From NCBI GenBank assembly GCA_012295275.1, contig CM022672.1, positions 2,728,001-2,792,000 on the forward strand: 64,000 nucleotides of DNA. The letters are read 5' to 3'. The notes beneath the pieces are model-generated. The model had not been told where the DNA came from, did no database searches, and worked only from the letters and a program-made list of their open reading frames with translations. Below are positions 13,618-28,213 of the stretch, piece after piece (positions within the stretch are counted from its first letter, which is position 1; each line of letters starts with the position of its first letter). Position numbers and translations under genes: made by a program. Source of the DNA: Chrysomallon squamiferum (Eukaryota > Animalia > Mollusca).

Positions 13618-14204
13618 AATCATGGATACATAATCAATAAACACTGAACTCTGTTTTAATAACTTAATCATAAATCAAGGCTAGGCACTGAATGAAGAAA
13701 TCAATGTTGTTGTTGATATACAGAAAGAAAGAACGATTTCATAGCCTTATCAGTGCAAAATCCCCATGTATGGCACCTGCTCAGTTTAAAAACACACACA
13801 TACAAGATATGGTTAGACAGATAGATATATACTGATAATATATACGTGACTATGATAAGAAATGAAAAACAGTTCATGGCTTACTTTCAGGTAAAGCTTT
13901 GATGAAGCTGTAGCCTCCAGAATATATGTGTGTGTTTCTGTGTGTTTGTGTGTGTATGTGTTTCTGTGTGTTTGTGTGTGTGTGTGTGTCTTTCTGTGTG
14001 TTTGTGTGTGAATGTATATTTGTTTATATATGCGTGTAAGTGCCTACATATGTATGTGTATGTTGCATATATATGGGGGTCAGTGTGTATTGATACCTAG
14101 ATACCGTATACTTATATCTATTATGTGTATGAGTGTGTATGCGAGAGACAGAGTGCGTGTATATATATATATATATATATATGATATATGTGAACCTGTT
14201 AAAG

Positions 14205-14297
<93 letters not shown>

Positions 14298-15307
14298 GTA
14301 TATACACTGTAACAAAAAACATTCACAAACATTATACCCAAGTTTGTGTCTTCTGACATAACTATAAAAATACAGTTAAGACTAAACTCCAAAACCTTTC
14401 ACATACACTTAGCACTTTATATGTTTGTTTTCAGTAAATCAATAGTTACGCTTTCACGAATATTTTATGTGAAAGTACTCACCGCCCCTTTAAAAACTGT
14501 TTGTCTAAATATTTGTATTTTAGCTTCAACGTGTTGTTTATATTCGTGTATATTCGTGTGAATATGTATGTTGGTTTGCCTTTGGATATGTATTCATATA
14601 TATATAGTTTTATATATTTGAAAATGTAGTAACAAAGACGATGATGATGACGATGATGATGATGTTGATGATAAACATTTTAATTGGAAATGATTTACTC
14701 AAAAAATAATTAATTGAAAACAAAAGAGATAGTAATTAAGTATTAAATAAATAAATAAAATAAAAGATAAAACAAAATAGTAATAATAATAATAATAAAT
14801 TAAATAAATCTCAAGGAAAGAATACATAATTTCTCAGTCATGCAGCAGTAATAATAATTAAAAAAAAAAAGAATAGATTTTTAATTTAAAAAGAAGAGAA
14901 ATAATAAATCGAAAACAAAATAAAATAATAATAATAATCCAGTGAAATAAAGAAATTCGCGTATATCCCAAATGAAACAATTCACTCACCGAAATATGAT
15001 TGAGCTTTCATCTGCGTTTTAATCATCAACTCAAATGTCAAACGGAAACGAATGTAAACATAAACGATAGTGCATTCGATTTCTGTCATTAACTATTTAT
15101 GTTACACTGCACTATAGAATTACAAATACTTTATAATAAAAATAAAATAAAATGAAATAAATAAATAAATAAATAATTAAACAGACAGACACAGACGCGT
15201 GTGAATAATGTGTATGTGTGTGTTACAAAAAAGTAAATACAGAATAAATTCAACGATTTTAAGAGGAAAGAGGCAAAACGGATAAAAGAATCAAAAACAG
15301 TGTCAGT

Positions 15308-15600
15308 GCAGATCTAAATAACGAACAGAGGACAGAAGCTAAACCAAAACAAAACCATTTAGAGTCATACCAGTCTGAATACAATCACACTGGTTAAAAT
15401 ACAGCAAACCTAAATGTTGATAAACGTGTTTCGTTATGCCAAACATTCAACGACAAAACAACTGTAGATCGAAACAAAGAACACAGGACAGGAACTTAAC
15501 AAAAACAAATCTAAGGATAAAACCTTTTAGAGTCATACAGTTATAACCTCACTGGTTAAAATACAGCAGACCTAAATGCTGATAAACGTGCATTGTTATC
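15308..15600. repeat. Degenerate tandem duplication (~160-170-bp unit x2)
   Basis: TTTAGAGTCATAC...CACTGGTTAAAATACAGCA.ACCTAAATG.TGATAAACGTG occurs at ~15358 and ~15526. Confidence 0.85.
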
Positions 15601-15981
15601 CTCATTGTTTGTCAGTTTCAAATGTCACGAAACCGTGTTAATATGTTTCATTAGTCAATGAACCGGTTACCTAGTAACATTTACACGACTTTGTTTCAGA
15701 GTTGCACCACATCGTAAATGTCGTCGTGAATATTATAGTGGCTAACTATTCCCTTGCAATTACCTTGATATTTGTTTAAAGTAGTTTTAAAACAATATTA
15801 TTTGCATAATATTGGTCTTACTATAGGTGCATACATATTAATAGCCTACACATACACACAAATACACTTATATATAGATACATACATATACATACATATA
15901 CATACATACATACATACATACATACATACATACATACATACATACACACACATGTACTACATATATATATATAGAAGTACT

Positions 15982-16017
<36 letters not shown>

Positions 16018-16337
16018 TGATTACTAATCCTGAATTCATTTGAATATACGTCATCTGTCATTATCATAATACCACAGTATTATTTGAACTGAGATGACTA
16101 ACAGGATATAACTACCACCACATGCGAAAATTATACGTGATTATATCTAAATACAACTTATTTGAAAACTGAGGCCAGTAATAAAAGGTGTACACAATAA
16201 CGGACCTTTGATGCTTTTGAAAGTAGATACAGAACATAATTAAGTATCCAAGAATTTATTTATAACAACATATCTATAAAACTGACTGACACAAAACCAT
16301 TTTCCAAACTTCCTTTTCGGCCATTTTTTCTTCTTCT

Positions 16338-16380
<43 letters not shown>

Positions 16381-16808
16381 TTTCTTCTTCTTCTTCTTCT
16401 TCTTCTTCTTCTTCTTCTTCTTCATCTGCTTTCTTTCATCTTTCTTTCTTTCTTTCTTTTTTTCTTTCTTTCTTCATCTTTAAATTATGCTACATAAGAT
16501 AATCAGATGACAGACTGCATATGTAAGATATCTTGTCTGAATAAACAGCATTAAAGAACTGTTGACTTGATAAGTAACTGAAATCCACAGTTTTGCCGGC
16601 TTAATAAGACACAAATACGTACAGAATTACAGACATTTATCTGTTGTTGTCAAATAAGATGAAAATAAATAAACGAATATCTGTACTGATATGACACAAA
16701 ACTAAATTCTGAAATAATGTATGTAAACTTTCGTTTATTTTTGTTTTGTGTCCGCAAATAGACTTATTTTTGATGTATATGTATGTATATGTTTATATGT
16801 ATGCGTGA

Positions 16809-16857
<49 letters not shown>

Positions 16858-16914
16858 TATATGTGTAAATCAGTATATAAGTTCACAAGGATAATCCAAA
16901 TGTTAAAATAATAA

Positions 16915-16951
<37 letters not shown>

Positions 16952-17840
16952 AATAATGAATGTGTGTGTGTGTGTCTAAATTATTATTATTATTTTTTTT
17001 TTTCGAACGTAGTGCCCGAATTCCTGTCTCCCCTCATCTGGATTTATGTAAATATCTGTTGACGCCTTGGAATGGCTGAATGGCCAGTTTAAGCTATTTC
17101 TGTTGCTTTATTGTTTTGTTTAGGTACACTGAATCATTGTTATTTCGTTTCGTGACGGTACCACTTACTAAGTCCAGAAATGTCTGTCCTTTCTTTTAGG
17201 ATTCCACTTTGTCTAATCTCTATTCATGTAGTCTTGTTACACTGTTAACATGTTGTTCTTTTTTTTGTATTTTGTTTTTCTTCTATTATAACGCGTGCCT
17301 AGAAATCGCCAAACAGACCAATTTAAGACCAAACGGGCGAAATTGCCCGTTGTTTTCTTCGAAAGAACACTTAGCTAATGAAAAGAACCAATAATCGGGT
17401 AAACATTAAATTCATCTTACAAATAAAACAAATTAAAAACATTAATGACTAAGTACCTGTCCCATAACTGATGATAAATGCGAAAATATTCTTTTAATTT
17501 CCGTGTGCGGAATTCCAGAAACGGACGCGTTTTAGGCGAAACTGTCTTCACTGTAGCAATAGTGATAGTGATGGCAATAGTAGTAATGGTAATGTTAACA
17601 GTACAAGTATGAAAAAAGCTGTGACATAAATCTAATGTCAGTTTTCATTATGAAGTAATACTGTTATAATGAGAGGATCTTAGGCTATTTATTTATTTAT
17701 TTATTTGTTTGTTTGTTTCTGGGTTTTATTTATTTATTTTTATTTTATTTTTTTTTTAAATTTTATTTATCTGTTTGCTTGTTTAATTATTTCTTTCTTT
17801 CTGTATTTATTTGTTTGTTGTTTGCTTTACTGTTTTTGTT

Positions 17841-18095
17841 TATAAGCATATCAATAAGATAGATAAAAAAAAATTTCATAATATGTTACATAAACACCTT
17901 ACTCAGTGAAAAACAGCGATAAACACACTATGACACATTAATGAAAATATATCTTTTTTATATATATATATATATATATTTATTTATTTACTCTTTTCGT
18001 TGTAAGCTTATCAGTGTCATACATGAAATATAATTTTACAATATTCTGCGTAAACACTTAACTCAGTGTAAAATAGCGATAAACATATTCCACAC
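17841..18095. repeat. Degenerate tandem duplication (~160-bp spacing)
   Basis: TAAACAC.T.ACTCAGTG.AAAA.AGCGATAAACA at 17891 and 18051. Confidence 0.7.
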
Positions 18096-18437
18096 AACAA
18101 TCAGCATTTATATTTATATAAACAAATACATTATTTGGGAGATAACATTAATCTAATGTAATTTTTGAGACAGGATATCGTTGATCATAAATTCACTAAA
18201 TGTTAGCATTTAAAATATCAAGTTCTTGCATTCGGTTTTAGCTGCCATTTATCGACTTTAAATCCACGATTATCTGAGTTAAGAATGAAATTAGATTGCA
18301 TTTATGTCATAATATTCAGGTTTAATATAATTTTTGATATGTGTTGTATGTACATTTCAGAGAAGTGGCTAAAAATAGGCTCGTAAAACCAAGAACAGAA
18401 AAGGAAAGGAAAAGAAAAAAAGAGATGCAAAAAAAAA

Positions 18438-18469
<32 letters not shown>

Positions 18470-18530
18470 AAAAAAGAGAAGAAAAAACACAAATTCAAAA
18501 AACCCCCAAAAGACCACACAAACGTTCCAG

Positions 18531-18565
<35 letters not shown>

Positions 18566-20045
18566 CATAATGACGACGACGATGATGATGAAAATAAAAA
18601 TTACAATTGAATGAATAAAAATATTATAATGAGCATTATTACGATGAAGGTAATGAATTTGTGGGGTAAAAAAGAACAGAAAAACAACAACAAAAAACCC
18701 CAGACCAGATGAAACATTCTCTTTTATTACGTTTTTCCTCCCAACGGCTGCAAATTCATCAAAATCATCACCATCATCATTTTCTTCTTCTTCTTTTACT
18801 TGTTGTAAATAATTTTTTTTCCCAAGTTTCCGATTTCTTTCCAAGAAAAGCTTCGATTGGCAGTAAATAAGAAATCTCCAGAGTATGCCAATATAATTAT
18901 TTTAAGCAAAACTGGTTGCCTCTAAAACCGACATGTATTGAAAGGCCGAGGCAGAAGAAAAAATAATTAGCCAATTAAACGACTGATTTTTCTTTTAAAT
19001 CGTACTTTCTCGCACAAACTTTCGGATCGAATTTCAAATTATCCAAAAACAAACCAGAGTAGTTTCAGTTCCTTGAGAAATAATCCCATAGGAATGACAG
19101 ACCGACCGACAGAGGTAGAGAGACACGTTAGTTTCATCTCATCAGTTAAAATGAGAAAACACTACTACTGCTGCGACTACTACTATTACTAAGTAATACT
19201 ACTTTTACTGCTATGACTATTAATAAAATAGTTAAGATAATGTCATTTCAAATCAGAAAGAAATAAAGAAGTGAAAAATACAAGACTCTATGGCCTTGTA
19301 AGTACAATGAGTGTGTGTGTGTGCGTGTGTGCGCGCGAGTGTGTATGTGTGTGTGTGTAGTTAGTTCAGAAGAAAAAGAAACCTGAAAAATGAAAATATT
19401 AAATTGGGTAAAGAAATCCCCCAGATATGCAACGTACGCGTGAAGTACCAAGTTGCAAGAAGAAGAAACATAAATAAATAAATAAAAAATAAATAAAGCA
19501 ATGAAAACTGTCATATCTTATTATAATAAAATCTTCACTCTGTTCTGGTTTAACTCATAATCATTTTTTTTCATCTTGTTCTCATTTGTTAAACTTTGCC
19601 GTCTAAATTGGACTCATTAGAGCCAGGTTTGTAGTTCTTCAAAGAGCTCAGAATGTAAACAGGTGTGTACAGTCATTATCAAAATCAAAAACATTCTTAT
19701 ATTCTGTTCTTGTCTAGTTTACTATGTCTTTTTAGCTAAGCACACACAGCATGTCTGCAGCATGCACTCAAAATACGCATACACACTTTCTTAAACATAC
19801 GTTATTAGAAATATGTGTTTATGTGTGTGTATTTCTTTTTTTCCACGTACATTCACACATAAAAATACACGTCCTCACATTGCTGTATTGAAAATGTATA
19901 CTGATGCACACACGCTCTAAACAGACATACACATATACATGTGCACACATTATTAGAACATTCATATGTAGACACATCTTTTATCACAGCAGTAAACGAG
20001 AATACTATTACGATAACGATGGCTGAACGTGCGTATGATAAGGCA

Positions 20046-20250
20046 ATATTCATGCATAGAACGTGTGAAAAATCGCAGATAAGGATTCTATTGGCCTATG
20101 TTATTATGTAGATGTATGCCATTACCTTCAGTTTTATTTAACACTTTTTTAGCTCGTTGTTAAAGCCTATCTCAGTGTCTGTGAATGTCCATATAACAAA
20201 GGTCAACAGAATCCTTATATGTGATTTTTAACGTTCTATGCATGAAATAT
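20046..20250. mobile_element. MITE / foldback element with ~60-bp imperfect terminal inverted repeats
   Basis: Left arm ATATTCATGCATAGAACGTGTGAAAAATCGCAGATAAGGATTCTATTGGCCTATGTTAT matches the reverse complement of the right arm, ATATTTCATGCATAGAACGTTAAAAATCACATATAAGGATTCTGTTGACCTTTGTTAT; ~80-bp spacer. Confidence 0.8.
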
Positions 20251-20753
20251 TTAATAAAAATCAGTTTTATTTTTTGTTTTCTTTTTCCTCACTCGTGTAA
20301 CGGTAGATCCAGGCAGTAAAAAAAAGAAGAGGCGCACATCGATATGATAAATATAACTTTTAAGAAACTAATCTTGTCTTCAAATACCTTATAATCAATT
20401 AAACGGTATCAGTATTCTGTTTATAGTATGAATTTGATCATATTTATACAGATGTGTGTATTTGCGAATGTGTGTATTGCCATGCCTGTTTACATGCGTC
20501 TGGCTCAAGTAATGAGTTTAATTACATTAACAATAATAATAATAAAAAGAAAAAATAAGAGCTGAGTGTGAAAACACAAGATAACTCTCTACGGGAGAGC
20601 AATGTCTTCGATAAATCAGGATAGCGTTTCTCTGAAAAAGACGTGTTGGCCTGCAGGCATACATGAAATGTTGTTAATGTTTCTGTAGCTCTTTATCATG
20701 CGTGAAATTAAATGCACTCCTGCCATCTGCTAATACTGAAAACAGTAATGACT

Positions 20754-20876
20754 TTGTGCGAGTGTTTATGTACGAAGAAAGGAATAATGTTTTGTGTGTG
20801 TTTATGTGTGAAGAAAGGTAATAATGTTTTGTGCGAGTGAGTATCTATGAAGAAATAAATAATGTTTTGTGTGTAT
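20754..20876. repeat. Minisatellite, ~38-bp unit x3
   Basis: Repeated GAAGAAA...AATAATGTTTTGTG.G.GTG. Confidence 0.8.
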
Positions 20877-22472
20877 GTTTGTCTGAAAACGTAGATACAT
20901 ATATATTTATGTTTGAAAATATGTGACTTTTATGCTTTGTATGCATGGTTATGCATGTTTATGTGTGTGATTACTTACCTTATGTTTGTTTCTGTGTGTG
21001 TTTACTTACGTTCGCTAAAACAATAATCTGTACATTTATATAAATAGATTCTTATATACACATCGTTCAGATTAACGTGCAGACGTGACATATATGGACA
21101 CAGAGTCACGCATAAACACACCCGAAGACGTCAGGTAGGGGAAGATATGTAAACTAGTATGTATACACTTCTGAAAATGAAACTAGCTGGTTTGGGTATC
21201 CTTTCATTGTTACAGCATTCTGTAGCTGATAGAGATTTAAAGTGTTGGTTTAGAATTCGTCAATGGAGTCGATGTAACATCACATTTTTGTGTTCTCTTC
21301 TCAGAATACGATATATTTCAGAAAGAAACATGGTTCTATCTAAGCACGTTTTAAAAATTACCTGACGATTGTCACAGTGGAAAAAAAATAATAATAAGAA
21401 AAAAAGGAAAAAGAAAAGAAATTCTACACTCCTTGTTATCACAAACTCTTAGCGCTTTCCTCACAAATTCTGATTAAACCAGAACCGCAGCGGTTTCTGG
21501 CTTCTAAATGCGCCATGCCTAATCCAGTTCCGTAATTTATCTACAGGATGTTGCAGTCTACTGATATGACGTCATACATAGCTGCCAACTCGATAAAACG
21601 CTAAGGTGTTTCGAAAATACACTTATTTATCTTTTTTTATTTATTTATTTAATTTTTATTTTTGGTTTCTGCTATTGTTATTTCTTCTTCTTTATTTTTT
21701 AATTTAATTTTATTATTATTTTTATTATTATTATTATTACTTTTTTTCACGATCGATAGCAAGTTTAAAACAAGTAATTGATAACTTCAATATTTCTTAT
21801 AATAAAAGTCAGAAAATTTGGAAATTATTTATAGACTTGTTCTCGGGTATATATATATATATCTTAGTGAAGCTGTAAATAACATTTGCAAATAATTTAA
21901 CTATGTCTTTGGGAGACCAGAAACGTTCAACTATTTACTTCTCCCTATTGAACAACATGGAACATTTTCCACTATTTTTCATTGAATGTTATATAAAAAA
22001 AAAAACCAAAAAACCCCAAAAACATTTCTTATTACATGAAAATACGACAACAAATCTTTTATTTTATTTTATTTTATAAATTTAACAAAAAAAATAAAAA
22101 AAAAAATAATAATAATAAAATTAAAAAAAAAACTAATAAATAAAAAGGGAATATAGTATAATCATTTCATCTTAAAACCATCTGTTAATTAGTTGATAAT
22201 CATGAACTGTTTTTTTAAGCTGATCCACTCGGACCAGGCACAATATATATTTTTTTTTTCATTTTATCACTGCCAGTTCCTTGCTCTAAGTATCTAGACT
22301 GGTACAAGATGCAGCTCTATGTCAGACTGGTTGCTTTGTGATGAACGTGTTGTAAAAACAATCAGCGTTTAGGTACAGCTCTATTTACTGAACAATCAAA
22401 ACCGTTATTCAACTTCCTAGCTGTTTACAGATGAACCTGTTAACTCGAAAGTGCTGAAGTTATAACGAAAAA

Positions 22473-22770
22473 CAGGTTGCGATTCGCTTACCCGGAATGC
22501 TTGAGACTGGACGTGTTACGGATTTCGGAATTTTAGAAGATGGCATGAGAACAGGATCTAAATCTAAATACGAATTCCATCTACATTTCGTGAACAAGTT
22601 TATACAAATCGTTTTGCAGAATGTTTTACATTTTTTTTTTTTTTTTTTTTTTTTGCTAATAATATATTTAGTGCATGCAAAACAACTGGAAAAAATGTAA
22701 TGTATTACTATTTTCGCTGCTCGGAAAAAACGTTTCGGATTTCGGAATTTCGAGTAAAGGATCCGATATT
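22473..22770. mobile_element. Degenerate Tigger-like MITE (~300 bp)
   Basis: Begins CAGGTTG; imperfect TIR GATTCGCTTACCCGGAAT versus reverse complement GATCCTTTACTCGAAAT; CGGATTTCGGAATTT occurs near both ends. From memory it resembles Tigger4/MER46-type elements. Confidence 0.6.
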
Positions 22771-23321
22771 ATCAAAGATTCACTTTTAGGGTGAAAAAAC
22801 AAAATTCCTTTTTAATGTCGTACCTCGAATGTTAGACTCGTCCAGCAATACAGTTCACGTGTTACAGTCCTGCTGCTTCTTTTTCATTCTAAGGAGAAAA
22901 TAATGTAACAACTTGTCTGTCGTAACCAGACTCAGTCTTCCCAAGTCTGTGTTGCAGAACTTTATACTCCGTAAAAGTAGATTACAAATTATTCAGTCCT
23001 GAAATGAAAATCTTCTTCTTTCTTTTATTTCTCAAGAGTTACTTCTTTCGTTCATTCTCTGAATTTCAGTAATATTTGCTTCGGAAAGCCCCTCTCTATG
23101 TAGTTTGGAAGATGTTACAAACATAATGTAAAAACAATCATAATGCCAAAAGGAAATGTGGAATATGCATTAACTTGGTTATGTCTAAATTAAAGTTTCT
23201 CGCAGACACGTTAAACAAGTTGTTGAGATAGTTGGAGTCTGTTATTATAGGCAGAGTACAGTAACGTACATATGCGTGTGTTGTTTTTGTTTGCATATAT
23301 GCGTATCCATATATGGTGTTT

Positions 23322-23366
<45 letters not shown>

Positions 23367-24561
23367 GTACGTATCTACGTATCAGAATGTATGACAGAAG
23401 TATTATGTAAAGAGATAGATATGTATGTTTATATACAACTGTTACCATCGTAAAGAACACTCGTCGATCTTTTTATAAACTTTCTAAATAATTCGTACAG
23501 ATAATTTTTCAAGATTATAGTAACCTCTTCAAGGTTAGAATCAACGTTGTCCAAATTCACCGAATCAGTCAATTAACGAGAATTCCTACTTCGATCATCA
23601 GACGTTTGGAATCTCATAAACACCGATGCAATTAGGTAATCGATAATTATCGGCAATACAGTAACGCATGTTAAGTTTGAATCCGACCGTTCTCCGTAGT
23701 AACAGCCGCGTTCTCTCCGTCTTAACGACCAAACCAGACGACTTTGTACAGACTAATTTCGCCGAAATGGTTATTTCCATTTTCCACACGTTTGTGCGAC
23801 GAAAGACGGAGCACCTGTTGCTTTTATTACGGTAAACGACGGACGAAGAGGCTGATTTATGACTAATCATTACGCGGACATGTTTTCTAACGGCCGAAAA
23901 CAGCCGAAAATAGCCGTAAATGTACGATGCGATCCCCGTCTTCGTCTGAAGAAGTTTGGTTGAATGTTTTTGCGGTGAAGAAAGACAGCTTGATTAAAAG
24001 AAAACATGGTTGTAATTTATATACAGTGTTTAGACATATCTTTTATGTGTGTGATTTTAAAAACAAAAACAAAAATTAAATTATAATTTTCTTTTTTAAA
24101 TCTTTTTTACCTGAGCACTTTATATTTGAATGGTGTCGAATAAGGTTAAAAAAACACAAAGATTATAAGAAACAAGAAAAGAAAAGAGAGAAACAAAGAA
24201 ATAAAAGTTTAACACATAGTTGAATGAAACAAAGAATCAAAGGAGAAAGGAATGAAGAAAGAGACAAATAAAGATATTAGAAGAAACAAAGTGTGAAAGG
24301 AAAATCAAAATCAAAAAAATAAATTAAAATAAAATAAACAAGTAAATAAATTAAAATAAAATAAACAAGTAAATAAATTAAAATATGGGAAGGTTAGTGG
24401 AGAAACTAAAAATGAACAAATGATACATATAATTAAAAATCTTTTCACAAAATGAGTTCGAGAAAAAAAAAAAAAAGAAACCAAATTATAAATTAACAAA
24501 AAAGAATAAAAGAAGAAAGAAAGAAGGGTATGAAAATAACAACAAAATACACTGTACACAT

Positions 24562-24590
<29 letters not shown>

Positions 24591-24619
<29 letters not shown>

Positions 24620-24641
24620 TGTATGTATGTATGTATGTATG

Positions 24642-24670
<29 letters not shown>
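24591..24670. repeat. (ATGT)n tetranucleotide microsatellite
   Basis: Direct observation. Confidence 0.97.
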
Positions 24671-24674
<4 letters not shown>

Positions 24675-25489
24675 TTTTTTGTATATATCTTTATCTCTCT
24701 CTACTTGTATCTAATCCGAGATGAGCTGATTTGCTTTATTCCATCTGTTGGTTGTTGGTATGAAAACAAATAACAGAGTGATCTGTTACGTGCTGTATTG
24801 TTTTACAAACATTCATGTTTTCAAATCTCATTTCTAATTCAACAAGACATTTTACATCCATCTTGATAACTTAAGTCAGAGCAAGAATTAATCATAAGCG
24901 CTGGCGTATTTTAGTTTTTATCTGCATTTCTGAGTGTTTTCTACTGCATACTTGCACATACACAAACACACAAACGTAGTATATACGCAATAGACATACA
25001 TACAATCATGCAAACAGACACAGATACATAAACAGATATATGTATACATTCAGACACATATACACACAATCCAAAACCTCTTCTATTTGTATATCATCAA
25101 AACTAAATTTCAGCATTAAATTAACCAGGCAGGTCATACATGCAACAGTATTTAACAATTAAATCTATCAGCTGACGCATGAATAGCAAAGGGAAAATAA
25201 CTGATCAACAATTAAACAGAAATTTATGATGTATAATGAAATATTTGTTGTATTTTTTAAAATGCAGAAACATGATGTCGTGCATAAAAATGACGTTAGA
25301 AGACTCTGCCGAAGATTTCGATTTCTTCTGATATCTGATAAAGATCATTAATTAGGAAAGTGACGTCGACCTGCAGTGGATCTCGCGAATCTTAGCGTGT
25401 GGCACTTCATCAAAACACAGCATTCATCGCAAAATGAAATCTTTAATTACAACGAGGCCGTTCTGCTAGCAGGCTAAACCATATCCTCT

Positions 25490-25672
25490 GTTCCTTCGAA
25501 ATACTTTCCCTCATTGCTTTCTAAATGCTGTCCTCAAATGCTGTCGTAGTGCTTTCCCCCCATTGCTTTCGAAATCCCATTAGTTTCCAAATGCTTTTGA
25601 TTTACTTTCCAAATGCTTCATTCAACGCATTTTCCCCAGTACTTTCCAAATGCTTTCCCAACTGCTTTCTCC
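25490..25672. repeat. Degenerate 11-13-bp minisatellite (TGCTTTCCAAA-like)
   Basis: Repeated variants of (T)GCTTTCC/ACTTTCC-AAA. Confidence 0.75.
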
Positions 25673-26503
25673 GGTACAACCAAGTACTCTGTCTGCACTT
25701 TTAGAATATTCTTACATACAGGTTGTTTCGTGATTATCACCAGACTAAACATTTAAATAACAAACACTAGTGGTCTGGAACGGTAAATTAAATGAAAACA
25801 TCCCTAATGAGTGAGACAAAATCTGGTTAACGACAGAACAGGAGATTTAGTAGTTGCAGTCTTTGATAAAACAAACACGAGTTTTCGGCTGGAACTAAAT
25901 ATAGTCTTGAAGGATAGAAGAAGGATCAAGCAACCTCTGAAACACGCTGCACGTCTAATATCATTTACGTACGCGCACACATTTTCACATGAACACACGC
26001 TAAAAACATTATATATATATATATATATGTAAATACAGTTAACAACAGACATACAGACTCAAAAAGATAGACTCAAAAACTGATGAAAGGAAATAAATAC
26101 ATTACTGCAGAATGGTTCACCTGAGATAGTATTTAATTATCCTGAGATGAACGAAACAAAAAAAAGTAATACGAATATTTCACCCCCTCCTTAAACAAAA
26201 GACAACAACAAAAATAATAAAAATAAATAATTAAATAATTTAAAAAAAAATATATAATAATAATAAAGATAAGAAAATTTAACGGTATCAATAAAATTTG
26301 GTGACGCAGACTGTAGGGTGAACGACACTGAAATATTTTATTAATAAAAGGAACTAAATAAACGTATTCATTACCGCGGTGTATTCTGGGAAGGAGGTGA
26401 AGCGTCACGATAGCTTGAATGCTTCATCAAATTCATCAAAGCATCTTGTCGTCTGATTTAATTAGAAAAGAAATCATGTGACATTTGACCGATCGAAATC
26501 AAC

Positions 26504-26542
<39 letters not shown>

Positions 26543-28180
26543 TATGAAATAAATGAATAAACAAAGATTAAAATAATAATAATAAATTAAAAAGAAAACT
26601 GAAGAATGGAGTTTAATGCTTATAATGGGATGGACCGTAGCTATTCTCTTTAAATTACTGAGGTAAATAAATTAAGAAAAAGTAATTAGACTGCTTCTGT
26701 CCATGTTACTGGAACACAGCCGATAGAATCAAATAATTATTATTATTATTGCTGTCGTTGTTGTCGTTGTTGTTGTTGATGTTATTAATGATGAATACGA
26801 TAATGATAATGATGATTATGATTACATAAATGTTAACAAAATTCAATAAACAAAAAATAATAAATAAACGAATAAAAAACCAACATAAATAATAATTATA
26901 AATATATTAATAATAATAATAATAATAATGATGGTAGTCATATTAGTATTAGTAGCAATAGTAATAATATTAGTAAAAGTGATAGTAGTCAATAGTAGTA
27001 GTAGTAGTAGTAGTAATAGTTATAGTAGTAGTAATAGAAGTGGTGGTTGTAGTTGTAGTAGTAGCAGTGGTGGGATTATCCTATTAGTAGTAATAACAGT
27101 AGTAATGTGGTTTAGATATTAATATCAGTTACTGTATTACTCGTAGTATCGGCGGTTATTATTGCACCTGTTGTAATAGCTACTCCAGTGATATTAAATC
27201 TACGGCATTTTTCTAAATATTTTGATAACACAAAACCCTTTACACATTTTTCATAAACTAATCTCTCAGCCGACATACGCCATGGATTAAACCAGAATAT
27301 TACAATGGCCGTAAAAATATACTAATGTGAAAACATCCCAAATCGATAAGCACATGCTTGTTTGCATGTTACCTGAACCAAGTACATTCATCTAAACATC
27401 ATGTCTTAAAAATATTATTATCAACATCAGAAATATATTTAATTGTTATATCGCCAAAAAATAAAAATAAATAAATAAATGAAATATAAAAATAAAAATA
27501 ATAATAAAAAACAAAACAAATAAAGAAATAAAGAAAAGTATATTACAGAAGGTATATATATCGTATTTAATAGCGTCTTTTCTCATAAGATATTAATAAA
27601 TAACACGTCTGTATGGCTGATATTAAGTCAGAGTTTTTTTACATTGAGTGAAGCATTTATATTAAAACTGTCAGAGACAGAATAATGTTTTTACTGTGGT
27701 GTAAATTAAATAAGAAGTTAAATCCTCCCAGCAATGAAAATTTGTCTAAATGTATAAAGACATATTAACTGAGTGTCTGATCTGTTTGTAGTAGTTCGTA
27801 AGATATACTTTATGTGTATTTTTGTATATGCATTTGCGTCTGTATTTGTGTATGTGTGTATGCGAGTTTGTATACAGGAATTTTCAAATGAATTAGTTCA
27901 GCTACCGATTTAAAGCAAGGTAAATGTCTGTTTATCTGTTTTTGAATTATATTCACAGACAAAAATTAAAAAAAAACGTCATCTAGTACCTCTAGTATTT
28001 ATACTGCTGCTGTTACTACTACTACTACTGCTACAATTTCTAATACTACTACTAGCACTGCTACAACTGTTATTACCACCACAACAACAACTACTGCTAC
28101 CACCACTACTGCAACTACTAATACTAATACAAATAATATTTCGCTGAAATCAAACGATTAAATTATACGCTAGTTCTCTC

Positions 28181-28213
<33 letters not shown>

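Noticed and set aside
21479-21501. GC-rich mini-hairpin CCAGAACCG-CAG-CGGTTTCTGG as a Helitron 3' end
   Set aside because: No properly placed CTRR|T terminus and no second copy.
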